Shown here: positions 57,522 through 64,000 of the stretch, piece after piece | How positions within the stretch are numbered: the stretch's first letter is position 1 | How the letters are laid out: the number at the start of each line of letters is the position of its first letter | Assembly (NCBI RefSeq): GCF_009914755.1 | Contig: NC_060933.1 | DNA length: 64,000 nucleotides | Source: the human T2T-CHM13v2.0 reference genome, Homo sapiens | Reading direction: 5' to 3' (one strand) | Notes under the pieces: generated by a model | Told to the model about the DNA's origin: nothing | Seen by the model: only the letters and a program-made list of their open reading frames with translations | Databases searched by the model: none | Made by a program: the position numbers and the translations under genes

Positions 57522-59809
57522 GAGTGTCTAGATCAGAAGGAAAACCAGTTTTCAAGAACAAAGGATTGTGTAACAGTGTCACACACCACTAAGTGGGCAA
57601 GAAAAGTAAGTACTTGAAAACATATGTTGAAGTTAATTACATGGACATTATCAGTGACTTTGGCAAACGGAATTTTCAATGGAGTATTAGGGTGGAAGCC
57701 AGATTTCAATTCTTATAAGAGGAAATGGAAATAAACAACAAAATGATATAGGATATGCCCACAAAAATTTGATCACTACATCGAAGAGAAAAATTAACTG
57801 AAAATAGGAGTGAGAGGTTCAGTCTTGGCAAGTTTTGTTTTTTATCTTGTTTTGTTTTTTAAAGTGAGAAATATTCTCTGTTGATTAGAAGAAACCAGTA
57901 GAGTAGGGAAGAAATGGAACCAGAGCCTCATGTTGGGCTTGGTCTGTAACAGGAAGGAGAAAAGAATAGGATCAACACAGGTTTGAGTGCAGGTTTAGAA
58001 GAGGAAGCTCAGTGTTTCATTCTGGTGGTTTCTATTTGTTTTCTTGAAGTGGAAGACTAGAGCACGTGATGGACCATCTATGAGATTAACATGTGCCCTG
58101 GCACATTCTATTTTCTTTGCTTTGAAACCTGTCTTGTCTCCCAATTCAACTCCTCTTCACCCAGCTGACATGCTCTTACACATGGGCTTATAGCTCCATT
58201 CATAGCTATCATTATAGTCTATAAGATTTGTGACCACTTGACTAATTTCTCTCTCTCCCTTCAGAGGGTCCTATCCGTTTCTGTATTTTGCTTACAGTGC
58301 AGCCACACAGTGTAGCACACTACATTCCAGCCCAAAATACAGTAGACACCCAATAAATATCCCATAAATATTGAATGAATAAATGAACTTATTCAATAGA
58401 GGAGAAAGAGGTGTTCTAAACTTGAAGGGAGGGGGCAAATTTTAGGGTTGTGATAGAAAGAATGTGAGGGAGAGTTGACAAAGACAGGAGAGCAATATTG
58501 AGTATCTGCTTACATAGATTGGTGAACTAAATTAATAGAGGCACCAATTTGTCTTGATTTAAATAAGCAGAGAAGATTCACAGTCCATCCAAGGTTGGGA
58601 CTTTGGCAGGTGAGAGTCAACTGAATGACAATGAAACAAGGGATTCTAGGATATTGGTAAGAGAGCTGTAGAAGTATTAGACCCCATGATCTACAACACA
58701 TAAGTTTGAATTGTACATAGATTATCAAATTCAGGGGCAACGTAGTTCTCCCCAAACCCTCTGCTCATGTTTAAGTCTTAATATTAGTCTTTAGTCTTAA
58801 CACTTTACGTACAATGTAATATTTAATACACAAGTCACACTGTTAGATGTACAGTGTCACTTGTATGTCCACTCAAATGGTGATATCGAAATAACAGCCA
58901 TTACTTACTGAGTATATATTATGTATAAGACACTTCTTGAAGAGCTTTATGTATTTGGTCCTCATCATCTAATTCTTTTCTTTCCCTCTTAATCCTCAGC
59001 AGGATTCTCCGGTAAAATATAGTAAAGAAACAGAGACTCTTAGCATAACAACACGTCAAAGTTACAAGAAGTGGCCTAGTTATCAAGAGAAAAATTTATC
59101 CTACAGATGCTCCATTGTGACAAAATTTAAAAACCTAAGCTTTTTAAAGGTAAATGTTAAAAGGTACATGAACACTCTAAAAAAGATGTAGGCAAGTATG
59201 ACCATCATGATTCTGAGAATGTTTCATCATGTGTCCAAGAGTGAACCAAAAACATGAGCAGAAAAGGGAGGAGAGATTAAGACAGAGGGAAAATGGAGGG
59301 GGGGAGATGAGAGATATGAAACCCTGGACAACCATCTGAGATGGATCTCTGTGGACTGAAAAACATCTCATTAAAAGAAGTTAAGAGATAGTTTGAATGT
59401 TCTCTAACTCTAGGTGTGTTCACTGTTGATTAACCATGAGATTGTTTTATTTCTGGGAGTAGACAACACACCCTTGGCTGTCCAAAATTATTTTATTGAC
59501 ACTTAATACTCTTACTATGTGCTAGGCATTTGTCTAAAGGAATCACAAATATTATTAATAATTTATTTAATCCACAAAACTACCTTATGAAGTACTATTA
59601 TTATCCCCATTGCACAAATAAGGAAACTGAGCTACTGACATATTAAATCCAAATGTTGTGTGCATTATTGAGAGAATAAATATAATGTTATTTCTAATCT
59701 TTATAATATTCTTGAGAGGCAGGTCTTATGATAATAAGATCATTTTAAAAATGAAAATAAAAGAAACCTATGATTTAGAAAAGTTAACATTTCCAAACAT
59801 GGTCAGCTG

Positions 59810-60790
59810 GGATTTCTACTTCTGGTCATGAGGGACTGACAGGGTCAAGAATTACCCTCCCTCTACAAACAATTTAAAAACTAAACAAAATATAGGAAAC
59901 AACTATTTTCAGTCATTGAAGAATAGCCAATCCAGGACTGTGATCCCTGAGAGATGGGAAACAAATGAGGCTTTTTGCCTGGGGGCAATTTTTAGACTGT
60001 GTTGCAGGGAGGAGGACCCTTTCTGAGCAATCTCTCTCAGTTCAGGAGACAGAGATAAAAGTCTGAGGAAGCCAAAGCATATGAAATTTGCAAGACAGAG
60101 TACCCAAAAGAAGTGAGCTACCCAGAAAAAGAGTTCTAGAATTTTTTTATAAGGGTCCCCTTGAGTCTTTGGTAAATGCTAATGTGTACATGCACTGGGT
60201 AAAGCCCTATGAGGCCCAGCAAGTACAACCTCCAAAGAAAGAATAATTGCTGGGGAGCTTTAAGCCAAACAACTTAAGCGCACATTCAAGACTGAAAATT
60301 GTTCAAGTTCCCACCAGCCACAGGGCAAAAGACCCTAAAAGGGCTAAAACTTAAATGTGGGGCTAAATTAGCCCGAAAGTAAAGACTACTACAGATCTGT
60401 CTTAAAAGAACATAAAAACAAGACTTTAATCAAACTAATCCACAATTACCATAGCTGCCTACTGAAACAAAATCCAACCTGTTTAAAGGAATACAACAAA
60501 ATCCGTCACACAAAAACATACAATCACAATAACTGGCATTCAATTAAAAAAAACTACCAGACACAGGAAATAAGAATATATAAACTATAATCAGGAGAAA
60601 AATTAATAGAAAATAAATGAGATGATAGAATTAGCAAAAATATTAAACTGCTATCATAAATAGGCTCCATGTATTCAAAGATATACAAGAAATTAAGTAT
60701 AAAAATAAATGAAATCTTGAAACAAATGTTCAAGATATAAAATACAATATCTGTAAAGGTCATTAGATAGCCAAATACAACAAACAAAGA
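59810..60790 (+). mobile_element. Old L1M 5' region
   Basis: caggactgtgatccctgagagatgggaaacaaatgagg and A-rich ORF1-like tract. Confidence 0.7.
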
Positions 60791-61300
60791 CAATTGATAG
60801 TAAATAAAATTAAAAGTCAGCTCCATGTGACTGTAAGGTATTATCGTTTTCCATGGTGCATTCCATTGTATGGTGCTCTGTAAAAAGCCACAGCTAACAA
60901 CAAAAGCATGCATGTCACCCCAAACAGAGGGACCATGAGTAGAGGGACAAATGGCCATGACACAAGGAAAAGAACAGTTTTAGAATCAAAATAGACAGAG
61001 GCTCAAATTCTAGCTCTGTAACTTATCAACTAGGTAAACCTACATGAGTCTTCGGAAACTGAGTTTATTCCTTCATCTGTTAAATCAACATAGAAAGGCC
61101 TACTTCATACAAAGCAATAATTGATACTACAGGTAAGAAAGTATTACCATGTTGCTTGACACATAGGCACATAAATCTTTTTTCCATAGCTGATAGAGAA
61201 AAACCCTAAAATTCTCATGTATATTCAAGAAACTAAAGAAATATTGCTGATTAGAAGGCCTGACCCAGGCTCAGGAAAAGTTATGGTGTGGTGTGATGTG

Positions 61301-61356
61301 GTGTGTGTGTGTCTGAGTGTGTGTGTGTGTGCATGTGTGTGTGTGTGTGTGTGTGT
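61301..61356. repeat. Imperfect (TG)n microsatellite
   Basis: Direct reading. Confidence 0.9.
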
Positions 61357-64000
61357 AGGGGGTTGGTCCTGGGTGGGTCAGATGATATCAATGAACATAT
61401 TTTTCTCTGAATAGCATGCAAAGTCTTAATGAATACTGCTCTTCTGACCTAAAAAAGGTAACAGGCATTCTAGGTGGCAATCATCACAGAAAAGGATCTA
61501 CCAATATAATTTAGGAAATATAGCAAGTCAACTTTACCTTGGAATTAATGCTCTGTTTTTCTCTTGGAAGAAACAACATACTGGATGTGTCAGTGTTTTA
61601 CACTAAGATAATAGTGGCTCTGAAATCTAGCCTACCAAATGTACAGTGCTTGGGAAGAGAGTTAACTTTTTAGTAAGGCTCCATTTCTGTAAAAGAGGAA
61701 TGCTGATGATTAACTTGCAGAGTAATTATAAGGACTAAAGAAGATAACATGTATAAATTGCCTAGTAAAGACATTAGTAATTTAATATTTATTTATTCTC
61801 TGCCCCTTTGAAGTCCTGCCCCAGCCCCCCAATTCATATTTATTTTATCTCTTGGTACCAAGAAATCCTCCTTTTGTGGGAACTGAACTAAGATTCCATT
61901 CCACTGGCCCTCTGATGTCAACTTCTTCAGTTTAGACTTGTCACTTCTTCCTTTCCTGAAGAAATATTTGAGAGATTAAAAGAGACAAACACCAGCGAAG
62001 TCATTGTAACCTCACAGGGTTTTTGTCACATTTGGAATTCATTAATCTGAGTTTTGAGAAGAACTCAGTTGACTTCACTCCTTGGTAGAGCAAAGAGAAA
62101 AATAAACGAGAAGACGATATAATATTAAAGAACTGGAACCTTTGCCCTTTGCCTTCTTAATCTGGCCTACATTTCTCAAGGCTCTAAGCAATTACCAAAT
62201 GACGGAGTTGTCTAAAATCAATTCTGCTTACTTTGTGTAACTACCAAAAATCAGATATGAAGACTGGTGCCTGACCTGGTCCAGAGATTAATGAGTTTGC
62301 TGAGCAACGAAGTCTAACTACCTGGTTACACATTTTTCTTGGCACAGTCAACAGCCAGGACCAAAAGGATGTGTGAAGGCTACGGTCTAAAATGGTTACA
62401 GGAAATACTGAGATTGGTGCAAGTGGTATCAAAAGACCAGATGGGAGGCTATCCAAATGACCTATAGAATGCTATGCCAGAAACCCAAGTTCATCTGAAT
62501 GCCAGGTAAAAATACGCTTGTGGGCTAACATAAGAATTGCCATCTCAAACAAGGTACTTTCTAAATAAATCAGCTAAAACTAAGACAAGATATTGCTGCT
62601 TAAAAAAATCTTAATTAAAAGTGTAATATTAGATCTGTAAAGCTCATTATAAAGACTAAAACTGGTGTGCCTGGGGTACAAAGAGGGAAGAGTGTTAGAC
62701 AGATGTACTTAGATACAATTTCAATTTTTTCTGGGCTTAATTACACTTAAATATTGGGCCAATTAATCTTCCTGATTAACTTCCTGAGGGCACCCTAGCT
62801 TGACCCCATCTCTCGGTGTCAAACTTCACTTTGACTAACCTAGGAAGCTGGGAAACCCAATCTGAGCCACCTTTGGTCACGTATAAATGCAAAATGAAAG
62901 AGGTCATTCTAAAGTCGTGAAACTGAGAGACTGCTGCTCAGAGTGGCTTCTCTTGAAATTCAAGAGAAGATGGCTTGGAAGTGGTAACACACACCCAACA
63001 ACAGGTAGCAATTGGGGCACAGGTGAAGAAGGCTGGAAAGATGTCAGTGTCTTTGATAAGCATCCTGTGTGGTGACAGTTCAACAGTTCTCCTGTTTGGG
63101 GCAGGAATAAAGGTTCTTAAAAACATCTTAACACACAGAAACAAATGTCCTCTTTGTCACTGAGTCTGTGCTGTAGATACAGTCAGGTCATATAATGAAA
63201 CTATTCATTTGCCTTGGGAATATGAACTGAGCTTCTTCCTACTCATCTCATCCATTCTGAAGGTCAGGACAAGATTAAGATCTCCCTGAAATGAATCAAC
63301 TCCTGGCTAGAGGTGCACCGATAATTTTCAAAATGGTTTAATTACTTCAGTTTCTGAGGCCCTCAGAGTTGTTTTTTTCTTTCTGAACCATCAACATACA
63401 TATTTATGTACCAAACAGAAAAAAGCATTAAAAAAAACAAATTCTATTATGGAAGGCAGAAAACAGACACTATGAAATAGTTGCCAGACAGCTATTATTT
63501 AGGATTGAGTGCCTAGATACCAAGTATTGTGGTACTTCAAGACTTTGAGGTTGCATCACATGGACTTTTAAAAGGGTGTAATTTTGAATCATAACTCCGC
63601 ATTATTTTGGCTTTCACATCACCATCCCAGACAGTAAAAAAACAGTGATTATTTTCTTAAATATAAGACTGAACACTATAGTGTTTAAGTTTAGATTAGT
63701 AAAATTGAACTTTTCCACTTCTAATTAATGTCTATTTCTCATTAACATATCTGGTTATAACTAGAAAGTTACATACTGATGGTGAAAGGAAAATGTACAT
63801 ATGTGCATGGTACAGGATAAGTGTGGTAGGAAGCCAAGGGCATTAAAAGAGAGGCAATAGGTACAGAGCATTTTATAATTTGTTGAGATATAAATACAGA
63901 CACAAGCACTTTCTTAAAATAAAAAAGCAGTGATACATTTTCTGAAAGTCTAAAAAATTTTACATTAGACTTTACAATAGATTAATTTGTCATTTTGTTT

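Overview
Human (primate) genomic DNA at the end of the chr9p21.3 type I interferon cluster. It contains the intact single-exon IFNA1 gene (+, CDS 2675-3244) with its virus-responsive promoter, an interferon-omega pseudogene (IFNWP19-type, +, 17656-18240) and the intact IFNE gene (-, CDS 43246-43872). The 3' part of the minus-strand lncRNA MIR31HG is also here: a 124-nt internal exon at 39347-39470 and a terminal exon at about 16446-18116 lying antisense across the omega pseudogene. The rest is mostly transposon-derived (Alus, a 5'-truncated L1PA, old L1M, MaLR/ERV LTRs, MER1A/B, MER6). Most notable observations: (1) the lncRNA terminal-exon splice acceptor is the antisense reading of the conserved interferon YLxEKKY codons, and the same latent acceptor exists in IFNA1; (2) a HERV-H copy upstream of IFNE was inserted by L1 machinery (poly(A) tail, 17-bp TSD, incomplete LTRs); (3) an IFNB-PRDII-identical kB site plus an IRF element sit just upstream of the IFNE ATG; (4) a perfect ER6 nuclear-receptor element was displaced from the omega promoter by a MER1B insertion. 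Gene names and repeat subfamilies come from recognition by eye, not from database searches.
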